From: Octopus sinensis | Lineage: Eukaryota | Assembly (NCBI RefSeq): GCF_006345805.1 | Contig: NC_043004.1 | Span: 7,378,001 to 7,442,000 of the forward strand | DNA length: 64,000 nucleotides | Direction of reading: 5' to 3' | Shown: piece by piece, positions 48,956 to 61,199 of the stretch | How positions within the stretch are numbered: position 1 is the stretch's first letter | Layout of the letters: each line of letters opens with the position of its first letter | Translations under genes and position numbers: made by a program | Notes under the pieces: generated by a model | Told to the model about the DNA's origin: nothing | The model's database searches: none | Seen by the model: only the letters and a program-made list of their open reading frames with translations

Positions 48956-49578
48956 CCGAATGCTAAATGATAATACAGAAGCAATGAAACTGTTTCTTAA
49001 CGTATTTCTGTGCAAAGTACTTGTAGGCATAAGCACTCATAAGTACTAGGCAAATTCTTAAATGCAATGACGTCAATAGTTTATTTTATTTTATTTCTTT
49101 TCGTTTCGTTTTAAAATTTGAAGACTTCCTATACCTGCAATATAAATAAAGAACAACTCCTTCATAACTTCTGACTCACATTTAGAATCACAAAATTCTA
49201 CCTTTATTAAAAGTTCACTGAATGGAATTAGTTATCGGCTGCGAAGAAGACCAAAGTTTCGTGCAGAAATCTTGTTGTTTAAAGTCCGAGTAAGGCTTGA
49301 TCGAGCAATCCTTGTGATCAAAAGCCAGTCGTAACCAGCCATTGGTTTTTTATGTACCAAGGATTACATTATCGAATGTGTCCTTTACTATTTAAAACGA
49401 TAAGATGTGGTTTATGGGAGATTTGGTTACCGTTTCTAGCAGATTAAATAACTCTATAGTGTCAGGCTTTGTGCAATGAAGGTTGGAGATTATTGGACAC
49501 TTTGGTTTTACTAAGGGGAAGAAATTGACTCGAATTTTGTTTTCATTTTCTGGCACTGGTTAGCAAATTTATTTATAG

Positions 49579-49614
49579 GAGGACGGGACAGACTGCTGTG
49601 ATGTTCATACATCG
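49579..49614 (+). other. Candidate symmetric 36-nt exon
   Basis: TTTATTTATAG|GAGGACGGG...CATACATCG|GTGAGT. GC-richer than the flanks. Open in phase 0 (EDGTDCCDVHTS) and phase 2 (RTGQTAVMFIH). Confidence 0.35.
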
Positions 49615-51194
49615 GTGAGTGGATGAGACAATTACAATTGCAAAAAAGTTTCTTGGTCACAGAAGCTATGTCAAAGCTATGTCACGTCCAGAACGAAAAG
49701 AAAACTGATTTCTCTTCACTTGGTACTGGACTAAATTGCATGACTCAAGTCACTGTTTACAATAGAAAAGAGATTGCTTTGCAGGTGAGGTGTGCAGGTT
49801 TGATTGAGTTGATAAATCAGTGTATCATTAGTTTAAGTGTCAACGTTGAAGAAATGAAAGATGCTGCTGAGCCAGGCTTGATTTTAAATTCAGAGATGTC
49901 TGGTTCCTTGCTTTATTTTAAAGCATTATTCAAATCAATCTCGATCATCTGTTTAGGTATACACGAAGACAGAGAAATAGGAAACAAAATATATCTGAAC
50001 AAATTATGTTTGTTTTTATTGAAAGAAAAAAACTCAACAAATTTCATCGTCTTTCAATAACCGTCCTAATACCTGAAAATGGCTGAGTAACAAGGGAATT
50101 AATTCTTTGCACGGTCGCTTGACTCGCTTGATATTGCAACAAAGTCTTCTTTAAACCACACCCTACAGTATATAAAAAAGACATATCGGACAGTGTAGTC
50201 CCTGGCATACTGTGCCAAAATAGAAATAATAAAAACGGGATGGAGCAGTCACAGCTGGAATGCTTTTAATTAACAATCTGAAAAAATCTTTCAAATGAGG
50301 TTTATTATGTCTTGGCAAGGAGCAGCCATATTTGAGACATGCGAGTGATATTTTCTTATATCATTAAGTTATTTATTTTTCTTGAGCAGAGGATGTTTCA
50401 TAACTTGACGATATTACAGTAACATCCTGTTTGTTTAACGACATTTCGTCTCTCTGACAAGTTCCTCTCATCTTCTTTCCCCATTTCCTTCTTCCAGCTG
50501 TTCCTCTCTCTCTCTTCTCCATCTGTTTTTACTCCATTCAAAACCATCTTCTTTTCCCCTCTGATCCCTGCTGTTATTGTATCTGTTTTAAAAGCAGCCA
50601 CACTAACGGTCTTTTTGCTATGGTCGACTAAGAAACCTTTTAGATAACATTTATGTAAAATTACTTCTCCATTTAAAGCTCATTCTATGACGTAATGTGT
50701 TATATTTGGATTTTTAAAAACTGTTAATAAAGTTATAGAGATAGCGAAGAAGCCATTGCAATAATGTAGTAACTATAGGTTTAAAATAACCATAGTTTTA
50801 GCCATGTTGAACAACGCATGTGGGTTTCTAACGCCACCCCTGCTCATTCAAAATAAATCATTCTTGCTTGTAAGAGTTCAATAGTGCAAGCTAATGACTC
50901 TTCAAAATACTTGTTTTGAAAATAAAACTATATATTAATGATTTATTTAAAAACGAATGTGTTTGTGACAAAAAAAAAAAACCTGGAACAATGATGAAAT
51001 GGAAGTGAGGTTGTGGGTATAGAGGTGAGAAGCTAAAATGTTGGAAGGCTGTTATCACATAACCAAATGATGGATTATGAAAGTAATGTCTTGGTATATT
51101 TTCTTGTTGATCTTTTGCCTGTTTAAACCATTTCATAAGCTAAACACCTATGCTTTTTTCAAACGTTTAGTTAGCTCTTCCACGGAGTTTCGGA

Positions 51195-51504
51195 TCTGGA
51201 TGTTAGGGGTGGAGGAAGGGTATCTTTTTTTCTTCAGAAATGTAAATAAACCCAATCTGTTTCTTATACGAGGGACATATTCATACAGCACGGAATGTTG
51301 TTTACGTCAATGGAGGTAATCGATTGGTTAAAATTGCTGAAATGCAAGAAATTAAAGACCAAATATCTTACAACTATAGAATTTTCTCAATAAAGCCAAG
51401 AGAAAATGATGTTTTATAAACACATTCTACCAGTATACGAAGTTAAAATTTTTTAGTTACCTAGAAATTATGTTACAAACTGCCGTTCAAACCGAAAAGA
51501 TTCC
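51195..51504 (-). mobile_element. Single right arm of the GGATC fold-back family
   Basis: Nearly collinear with 15190-15496. Confidence 0.88.
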
Positions 51505-52230
51505 GGGAGGACAAATAAACGCGGAAGGTGGTCGTGGAATGTGCTAGAAACAACAACCAAATCTCCCTTAAATCACTCATCGTCTGAAAATATTCGCGCT
51601 TTTTTTTTTGTTGCCGAAATGGCTTCTCCCTTTGTTGTGCCGAAACAATTGGCATCAGATATTGATGTATGGACACATGTAAAGGGTTAAGGAAACTTTA
51701 AAAAGAAAACAGTATTGGGTCTTTGGTGACAAGAGTCTCCTAAATCTTAATTTATTCGATAAATGAGACCCTTAAGTCTTTTAGTATCCTTCGTTCGCCA
51801 TCCATTAATAGACGTGAACCAAATGTAATGCGTCAAAGTAATAAGGTCAAAGTCCCTTCAAGCTAATAATATTGTATAAAGTATTTTAATTCATTACTAA
51901 GAAGAGAAGCATTTGTCATTTACTAATTCAGTCATTGTCCGGAAGTACAAGCGAAAGAATAATAATATGTAGTCATTGACAAGTTTTTGTTTTTGAACTT
52001 CTCTTTCAAAAGGGAGGAGACATTATGCAAGCGAAGCAATTGTTTTCTCTCTGATGGGAAAGGTCACAGGTCGAGAAGAAAATGGAGATTATGGGAATAC
52101 GGTTGTTCTTAATGCACGTCGATGGATTAAATTGTTTTTATCTTGCTTCAGTCATTGGACTGCGGCAATGCTGGGGCAACGCCTTGAAGGGTTTATTGAA
52201 CGAATAATAAACCCCATTTTAAGTTCTTTT

Positions 52231-52430
52231 TGGTAAATTTTTTGTGTACAACCCGCACGATTTTCACTTAGAAAAAAAAACTCGGATTTTTTGCGTGTAA
52301 ACAATTACCCCGACCTCCTAATATGCTGCGTATCCCTTATTTTGGTTCGGAAAAAAGGAGGGCGGGCGAGGGGGGACCCCTCCGTCCCAGAATCATTGGA
52401 ATTTTTTTTTTCATTGAATGAATTCCTGTG
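52231..52430 (+). mobile_element. Partial copy of the 17902-18360 MITE
   Basis: GGTAAATTTTT...ACCCGCACGATTTTCACTTAG...AATATGCTGC. Confidence 0.75.
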
Positions 52431-53482
52431 ACCTAACTAGACCTGAGATAAGCAGATTTGATCTTCGAGTGAGACGATCGTCAAAGAATAAAGAATGCGA
52501 GATAAGAACACAAATATATATTTTGTTTTGACAAAAACAGCTGAGTAAAGAATTTGTTTGTTTGGAATCTTCTATGAGTGGCCATCTTAAAAACAAACAA
52601 TCAAGCCCCATCAATATGTACTCTGTCCATTGGACATGCTAACAAATAAGTGCTTGCCCATGCTGGAACTGGACAACCAATTATTTAGAATCTCTTAATG
52701 ACTGATATTTACTGGCTGTGGTTAAGAAGTTTGTTTCTAAAACAGTTTAAGGTTCCTTCCCACGGCATGGACATTGTTGGCTTGTCTTCTGATTTAACAA
52801 CGGGTTGACCAATTCCTTGTAAATAAAATTTGGTACATAGTAGATGAAGCACATGTTTTTATATGTATCTATGTATATATAGATATATTTGTTGGTGTGT
52901 TCTCTTAGTCCTGATCTGAGTGCATTAATTGTAAACAAAAATGTTACTTTTTTTATAATCATTTGAAAAAGCATGTCCAGTCATTGAACTGTTTATTATT
53001 TGAAGAATTAAGGGAAATATTTTCTGAAAAACAAGTGATGGTTGACAACAAGAGAAAAGTCTACCAGAGCCAGTTTTGTCTGGGCTCTGCGGGTGTTAAA
53101 GAAGACTGACGATGTAACTAATTGGTGGTGTAGATATGAATACGAAAGCATCAAATAATTCATTGGACATATATATTAAAACCATGTGAAAAGCAGGTGT
53201 GGACACGAAACACGTTTGAATTCCCTGCTTTGATTTACATTGTACCAGAAGCAACATGAATATTATTTTTTTTCTATTGTTTGTCATTTTTCCCAACATT
53301 AAAACATAATTAAGTTAGGTATGGGGAATATTTTACGTTGGGCTGACTGACATTACAGGAATAACTTGACTTTTAATAAATCCAGGATATCAAGATGCTT
53401 CATTAAATTCAGATTAAGAATATTAAGGTCAAGGTCAGCATAATAACAAGCAGAAATATGTGTGTGTGTGTGTGTGTGTGTA

Positions 53483-54202
53483 GGCACATGAGTAGCTGTG
53501 TGGTAAGAAGCTTGCTTCGTGACTATATAGCTCCTGGTTCAGTCCCACTGTGTGACACCTCAGGCCAACCAAAGCCTTGTGAGTGGATTCGGTAGACGGA
53601 AACTGAAAGAAGCCCATCATATGTATGTATGCATTTGTCTATGTTTGTCCCCCCCACCTTCGCTTGACACCGATGTTGGTGCGTTTACATCCCCATGACT
53701 TAACGGTTAGGCAAATGAGAACAATAAAATAAGTACTAGGCTTACAAATAAGTCCTGGGGGTTGATTTGTTTGACTAAAGGTGGTACTCCAGCATGGCCA
53801 CAGTCAAATGTCTGAAACAAGTAAAAGAATATATTTTATCTTGTATCTTTTACTTGTTTCAGTCATTAGACTGCGGCCATGCTGGGGCACCACCTTGAAC
53901 AATTTTAGTCTAATGAATTGACCTGAGCATGTCTTACTGTTTTGGTAAAGCGTGGTACTTATTCTATCAGTCTCTTTTACTGATCTGCTAAGTTACATGG
54001 ATGTAAACACACCAACACTGGTTGTCAAGCAGCGGTGGAGGACAAACACACTCACAACCTATATGATGGGCTTCTTTCAGTTTCCATCTACCAAATCCAC
54101 TCACAAGGCTTTGGTCAGCCTAAAGCTACAGCGGAAGACACTTGGTCAAGGTGCCACGCAGTGGGACTGAACCCAGAACCATGTGGTTGGGAAGCAAACT
54201 TC
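53483..54202. mobile_element. Tail-to-tail inverted pair of family B SINEs
   Basis: + copy at 53483-53830 and - copy at 53846-54202, separated by about 15 bp. Confidence 0.85.
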
Positions 54203-54257
54203 TTTGGGACATTGCTAGGGAGATAGTTTTCAAGGGTTTATTAGAAAGAATCAGTAA

Positions 54258-54375
54258 GATCATCACCACCATCATCATCACCACCACCGCCATTATCATC
54301 ACCATCACCATCATCATCCACCATCATCATCATCACCACCACCACCATCATCATCACCACTACCATCATCACCAT
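54258..54375. repeat. (CAY)n trinucleotide repeat
   Basis: Directly visible. Produces the spurious poly-His ORF. Confidence 0.9.
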
Positions 54376-54768
54376 TTAATATCCATTTTCCATGCTGGCA
54401 TGACTTTCCATTTGGGAATCTTATAAGTTATATTCTGAGTTCATGAATTGAGAGGTTGGCTCTTATTCTTCTCCCACCATGAATGTATCTGTAGCCAGGA
54501 CACAATTTTCAAATGGCCCCTGTCCTCTTCCCTCTAAATAAACTAGTTCTGAGTGAGGTTGACTTGCAACTGTAACTTGCACCAGTCCTGTTGTTGTTGT
54601 TTAACCCAGATCTTGACCATTTTATCATTTCAAACATCTAAGTCTATATTTTCCAGTGTGACCTTCTTTTCTCAGATGGTGTAGTTTGAGGGAGATTTGG
54701 GTATTGTTTTTATCAGGTCAAGTACCTGTGTAGAAGCTCTCTTGTTGGTTCATTTTTATAGTATTACC

Positions 54769-55003
54769 TATTTCTTTACTACCCACAAGGGGCTAAACAC
54801 AGAAGGGACAAACAAGGACAGACAAACGGATTAAGCCGATTATATCGACCCCAGTGCGTAACTGGTACTTATTTAATCGACCCCGAAAGGATGAAAGGCA
54901 AAGTTGACCTTGGCGGAATTTGAACTCAGAGTGTAACAGCAGACGAAATGTCGCTAGACATTTCGCCTGGCAAGCTAACATTTCTGCCAGCTCGCCACCT
55001 TAC
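54769..55003 (-). mobile_element. SINE family A with 16-bp TSD
   Basis: TTTTTATAGTATTACC at 54753-54768 and 55004-55019. Confidence 0.92.
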
Positions 55004-55388
55004 TTTTTATAGTATTACCACCGTATAATGGACTAGAGTTTTGTTAGCTTTCTGTCCTCTGAGAATTTCTTAGAGAAGATGGCCTCTCTGGCTAAACACA
55101 GAAGGGACAAACAAGGACAGACAAACGGATTAAGCCGATTATATCGACCCCAGTGCGTAACTGGTACTTATTTAATTGACCCCGAAATGATGAAAGGCAA
55201 AGTTGCCTTGGCGGAATTTGAACTCAGAGTGTAACAGCAGACGAAATGTCGCTAGACATTTCGCCTGGCAAGCTAAACATTTCTGCCAGCTCGCACACAT
55301 TACTTTTATAGTATTACCACCGTATAATGGACTAGAGTTTTGTTAGCTTTCTGTCCTCTGAGAATTTCTTAGAGAAGATGGCCTCTCT
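54791..55388. repeat. Tandem duplication of a 299-bp unit (most of the SINE plus unique flank)
   Basis: Unit 1 at 54791-55089 and unit 2 at 55090-55388. GG microhomology at the junction. The units differ by a few substitutions and 1-nt indels. Confidence 0.9.
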
Positions 55389-56334
55389 GGAAGTGATATG
55401 CCCTAATAACACTGCATGACTATGAGGTCCTTTGTAGTAACGTGTATGACCTAAGTGTTTATAGCACTCCTGCTAAATTACATTATCATGTTGATAAAAG
55501 AGAAATCTAGAAATATTATCACGTGCTGGGTCTAGACTCCATGCTTGGCTTGTGGCTTGGGTAAGAAAAGTTTTTCCTGTCTCTGCTGATGATGTGTGAA
55601 GACTGAAAAGATGCAAACATCTGTAGAAATAATAAAAAAATGAAACGAGAAGGAGGAGGAGGAGGTGGTGGTAAGGACCAAGATCTTACCCTATTTTCAG
55701 GAAGTCATCTAAAACCTCTACTGAACCAACAATTAGAATATATGTGAACAAGCTATCCAGCACACATAGACATAGGCGTAAATGATTGCAAGCACTGGAA
55801 GCTTGTGATCAAGCAGTTCCGTCTCTCTCCCAATCTCTCATATATATATATATGTATGTGTGTATATATATATATATCATCATCATCATCATCATCATTT
55901 AGCGTCCGTTCTCCATGCTAGCATGGGTTGGACGGTTCAACTGGGGTCTGTGAAGCTGGAAGGCTTCATCATGCCCAGTCAGATCTGGCAGTGTTTCTAC
56001 GGCTGGATGCCCTTCCTAACGCCAACCACTCCGTGAATATATATATATATATTAGAAGAAATGAGGTACTCAGAAATTCGGATGGTTTTATATTTACATA
56101 TATTTATTTGTATATTACATGTTTTTATACATCATATAACATATATCATATATTAGTGCTTTCGTCCATGCTAGTGGAGTTTTCAAATTGAACTCCAAAC
56201 CTTCTAATATATATATATATACGTGTGTGTGTGTATATATATATCCCCTATCATTGTACTCCACCTCCTCCCTCTCTCAATGATTCGGATGATCAGTCTG
56301 TAACATAGGGTGAAAGAGAAAATGAGTTGTTATT

Positions 56335-57020
56335 AGCATGCCAGGCAAAATGCTTAACAGTATTTCGTCTGCCGCTACATTCTGAGTTTAAATTCCTCCA
56401 AGGTCGACTTTGTCTTTCATCCTTTTGAGAACAAGAAATTAAGTACCAGTTGTGTGCTGGGGTCGATCTAATTGACTGGCCCCCTCCCTCAAAATTTCGG
56501 CCCTTGTGCCTAGATTAGAAAAGATTATTATTATTACTGAAAGCGGCAAGCTGGCAGAATCGTTAGCACACTAGACGAAATGCTTAGCAGTATTTTGCCC
56601 ATTGCTACGTTCTGAGTTCAAATTCTGCTGAGGTCGACTTCGCCTTTCATCCTTTCGGGGTCGATAAATTAAGTACCAGTTTAACAGTGGGGTCGATATA
56701 ATCGACTAGTCCCCCTTCCCCAAAGTGGCTGCCCTTGTGGCAAAATTTGAAACCATTGTTTATTATTATTATTATTATTACTGAAGGCGGCAAGCTGGCG
56801 GGATCATTAACATACTGAACGAAACACCTAGTGGTATTTCACCTGTCTTTACATTCTGATTCCACTGGGGTTGACATTCAAATTCCACTGAGGTTGACTT
56901 TACCTTACATTCTTTCAGGGTCGATGAGGGTCCAGTTGATTAGATCAACCCCAGTATGCAACTGGTACTTAATTTATCAACACCGAAAGGATGAAAGGCA
57001 AAGTCAACTTCGGTGGATTA
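56335..57020 (+). mobile_element. Head-to-tail array of family A SINEs; the last copy folds back on itself
   Basis: Copies at about 56335-56530, 56541-56775 and 56785-57020, joined by (ATT)n tails. The third switches to a minus-strand core at about 56930. Confidence 0.82.
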
Positions 57021-57229
57021 AGTCCACCATATTGTTGAAGACTTGGTTTAGGGATTTTTTTTTTCATAGAATATCATTTATTAATTTTCATGAAGTGACG
57101 ACAATTTAGTTTTGAATTATGAAACCATTGTAAGTGGAAAGTATGCACCATCTCGTGTGTGTGTACGCATGTGTGCATGTGTATAAAAGCCTAATACACT
57201 ACAAGTGTACTTCTGTATTGGCTCAGTTT

Positions 57230-57625
57230 CACTTGTTTCAGTCGTTAGACTGCAGCCATACTTGAAGAATTTTAGTCAAACAAGTCAACTCCAGTGCTTG
57301 TTATTTAGTTTTTGGTAAAACCTGGTACTATCAGTCTCTTTTGCTGAACCTTTGTCACAGGGCTATATATACACCAACACTGGTTGTCAAGCAGTGGTGG
57401 GGAGCAAAAACAGGCACACACTCACACACATAGGTGTGTGTGAGTGTGTGTCTCCATATCCACATCCACACAATGGACTTTTGTTTCCATCAACTAAACC
57501 CACTCACAAGACTTTGGTCAGCCTGGAGCTATAGTAGAAGGCACTTGCTCAAGGTGTCACACAGTGGGACTGAACCTGGAACTATGTGGTCGGCAAGCAA
57601 TTTTCTTACTACATAGCCACGCCTG
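57230..57625 (-). mobile_element. SINE family B, diverged
   Basis: Reverse-complement match along its length. Confidence 0.8.
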
Positions 57626-57974
57626 TTAACAAAAAAGAAACGTTACCTATAAAAATTTATTTTAACCAAAATATTCATCTTAGATTTACTTAACATCATT
57701 AAATTGTAATTTTGGTTAAGGTGTTTCTACTCAGATGCTCAATCCGGAAGTAATAGCAGCTAAATCTCCCTTATCTCATACACTGGATAATGTAGTTTTG
57801 ATGGGTACAATGTCCAAATAAACAGTTGGATATGGCTGGAACACTTTTGATCATCCACTCTGTTAGAGTTAATGTGCAGTTAAAAGTAACAACCATCACG
57901 GAATCTGCCAGTCTGCAATAGCTTAATGTACTTAGAGACATTTACCATTTATTATTATGAATACCATTATATTA

Positions 57975-58380
57975 AGGCGGCAAGCTGGCAGAAACGTTAG
58001 TACGCCAGGCGAAATACTTAGCGGTATTTCGTCTGCCGCTACATTGAGTTCAAATTCCACCGAGGTCGACTTTGCCTTTCTTCCTTTCGGGGTCGATTAA
58101 ATAAGTACCAGTTATGCACTGGGGTTGATATAATCGACTTAATCCATTTGTCTGTCCTTGTTTGTCCCCTCTGTGTTTAGCCCCTTGTGGGTAGTAAAGA
58201 AATAGGTATTTCATCTGTCTTCAAGTTCTGAGTTCAAATTCCGCTGAGGTCGACTTTGCCTTTCATCCTTTCGGGGGTCAATAAATTAAATACCTGTGAA
58301 ACACCTGGGGGTCAATGTAATTGACTAGTCCTCTCCTCCAAATTGGCTGCCCTTGTGGCAAAATTTGAAACCATTATGAA
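57975..58380 (+). mobile_element. SINE family A followed by a partial second copy
   Basis: Full copy to about 58205, then the B-box, core and alternative tail again. Confidence 0.88.
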
Positions 58381-58915
58381 TACCATTATAGTTATCAGTT
58401 TTATTTCATTGCTGAAGATTGAGTCATTGGATTCACTTGTGAGCCTTCTTATTATTGAAGCTTAAGCCTTATAGGAGAAAATCAGAATTTTTCTTTATTT
58501 CCTGAACACACACACACACGCACGCGCGCGCGGCAAAAAAGAGCTGTGCCTTCAGTTAACAACCTGCTCAATGTATTGTAAATTTTAAGTGAACCCTCTG
58601 TGAGTTTGTATAATGAAAGCTTTAGTTGTTTGGTCAAAGGAATCCATCTTGTCATTGAATAATTCTGAAAGTGACCAAATATTTCACGGACACTTTGTAT
58701 TCTTACACTGTGCATGTCAAGGCTGACCTTTTGAAATTTAAGAAAAGTCCGTCACGCATGGTTTCCATGTATCCAGTTTCATGTACAAGACTTTCATTGA
58801 CGCAAGGCTATTTTTGTTACATGCTTGCCCAGTGTACCATGCTGTTTTTATGAAATTTGAAGCCTCTTGATTACAAAGCCCAATTCTTGAACATTTGGCC
58901 ATGTCTACACACACA

Positions 58916-58949
<34 letters not shown>

Positions 58950-59929
58950 GCTACAAAAGCCAATACAATACTAGTTTCTTCCACGTTGTAGTTGTGTGCA
59001 TTGCGATGCTGGTGGACTGTAGATAAGATATCACAAATAAATATATGCCAGTATTTGTTATTTGACTATCAACTTCTCAATTTTCTATCCATTTTTGTGA
59101 TTTGTTTGTTTGTTTTTTTTATTGTCATATCAGATAATTTTGTTTTATTGAGCTAGAAAATAGTTTCATTATCTTCGAAGAGGAAATTACTTGGATGGAT
59201 TTTGCTATCATCAGTTCTATACCACAAACACTGGAAATAAACACATACCCACGTACATCACCTCTCTCTCTCTCAATAAACTACTCTGTGCACCCATACT
59301 CTCCTTGTCTTGTTTTCAAGCTAATGAAAAACTGATACCCTCTTATCTGTCTGTCAGTTTGCCTGCTTAAATGTCCCTAGGTATGAAGCAATTACCTTCA
59401 TTCCACAGGAATAAATGCACACAATACACATTCACTGTTGCTGTTTAATTGCAAGTCCGCCTTCATCAAAAAGACTTGTGGTTAAAACCATTCCACTTGT
59501 AACCATTCAGCTTCTTTTTTTCTTTTTCTCTCCAAAGGCTATGTGCCAGTGACATGTAAAAGGCACCTAGTATACTCTGTGGAGTGGTTGGCATTAGGAA
59601 GGGCATCCAGCTATAGAAACCAAGCCAAAACAGACTGGAGCCTAGTTCAGCTCTCCAACTTACTGGCCCTCATCAAACTGTCTCGCCCATGCTAGCATGG
59701 AAAATGGATGCTAAATGATGATGATGGGTACATTGTCAAATGTGTCCTTCCCTTTTTAAGATAGTAGGGTGTAATTTTAGGATGTTTTAACTGCTGTTTC
59801 TAGCAGATTAAGGAACCATGCGGACGTTCTCTTATCAGCTTGTACACAGTTTACAGTTGTTTTGACTCAAGTTTTCTATTAATTGGATCAAAGAAATATA
59901 AAAGAGAGAATCGAATGGTGACACACACA

Positions 59930-59968
<39 letters not shown>

Positions 59969-60318
59969 AGGGACATCTAGCTATGCCAAATGAAAACAGC
60001 GATTTTCTTTGTTGTATGCACCAGATGACAAAGGAGGCTTGATGATTTGAGACCTATGCAAACACAAGAAGAAAAAAAAGGGACATAAAATAAATGATAC
60101 AAAACAAAACAAAAAAAAGAGCAAAAACTGTTTTAAGACATTTTTTTTCTTCATTTCTCACTGTTTATGGAACAGTAAGCAACAACAAGTCACCAAATTT
60201 TCTGTGTGGTTTTTTTTAAAAAAGAATTCTGACTCATCAACAAAGTTACTTTTTCAACAACCATGATGACATGCATAAATAAATGTCATTCACACACGGA
60301 CACTTCAGTGGCAAACAT

Positions 60319-60354
<36 letters not shown>

Positions 60355-60674
60355 GTGCGTAAAATTACATTCACTCACAATCATTTGTCACAAGTCTATG
60401 GCTGTATACACTTTGTAACAACATTTACAACCCACACACACACATTTGTTCCAGCTAAATATGAAATCAAGTCAAGTATATGTCGTTTAATTACTTTCTA
60501 TCTTCTGACTTGATGAAACACATTTTATATATTTATATATATATATATATATCTATATATATATCAATCATCATTGCCATCGGTTACCATCCACTTTCCA
60601 TGCTGGCAGGGTTTACAGTTGACTAAGGACTGGCAAGCCAGAAAGCTATACCATGCTCCAATCGATCTGGCAAG

Positions 60675-60722
<48 letters not shown>

Positions 60723-60963
60723 GACCACATTCAGTATGCAGAAAAGGAGTAGATAAAAATTTATATATGATCTGTGGGGGTCACAAAAGTGCACCACACC
60801 TCAGAGGTATAATGAATGAAGACTTCAGGGTAGGTGCACAAGAATAACTGTCGGAGCTCCAGTCAAATAAATTCTTTATACTGCGTAAAAGTACAGTTCT
60901 ATATATAAGAGATGAGGAATTATTTACATTTGACAAATATTTGTCCTCATCTTGTTTGTTGTT

Positions 60964-61009
60964 AACACAATGTTTCAGCTGAGATACTCTCCAGCCTTCA
61001 TCAGGTGTC
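60964..61009 (-). ncRNA. Minimal type I hammerhead ribozyme motif (near-consensus)
   Basis: GACAC-CTGATGA-A-GGCTG[GAGAGTATCT]CAGCT-GAAAC-ATT-GTGTT. Stem I pairs 5 of 5 and stem II 5 bp, each with one G-U. One mismatch in stem III. Confidence 0.7.
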
Positions 61010-61058
61010 TTGGGGAAATTTCCTCAGGAATGAGAACCCAGGTTCAATATTTCCCCAA

Positions 61059-61101
61059 GACACCTGATGAAGGCTGGAGAGTATATCAGCCGAAATGTGT
61101 T
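61059..61101 (+). ncRNA. Minimal hammerhead motif, stem III deleted
   Basis: GACAC-CTGATGA-A-GGCTG[GAGAGTATAT]CAGCC-GAAA-T-GTGTT. Lacks 3 nt relative to its partner. Confidence 0.55.
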
Positions 61102-61199
61102 AACAACAAACAAGATGAGGACAAATATCTGTCAAATGTAAATAATATGAATGCTTAGAAGGCTCTGTAGAAGTAGTTGATAATTTCTGTTACCTAGGC

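Larger units (their letters stand above)
60919..61146. mobile_element. Inverted pair of Penelope-like terminal repeats (arms of about 100 bp, spacer of about 29 bp)
   Basis: 60919-61019 pairs with 61049-61146. Each arm carries a hammerhead core. Confidence 0.8.

Noticed and set aside
49623-50060. 145-aa ORF
   Set aside because: No recognisable domain or splice context. It begins just after a consensus donor, so it is probably intronic chance.
54142-54426. Poly-His ORF
   Set aside because: It is a (CAY)n microsatellite flanked by SINEs.
59150-59217. Possible fourth hammerhead on the minus strand (CTGATGA...GAAACTATT-TTCTA)
   Set aside because: Stem I pairs, but stem II does not fold convincingly and stem III is mismatched. 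Too degenerate to call.
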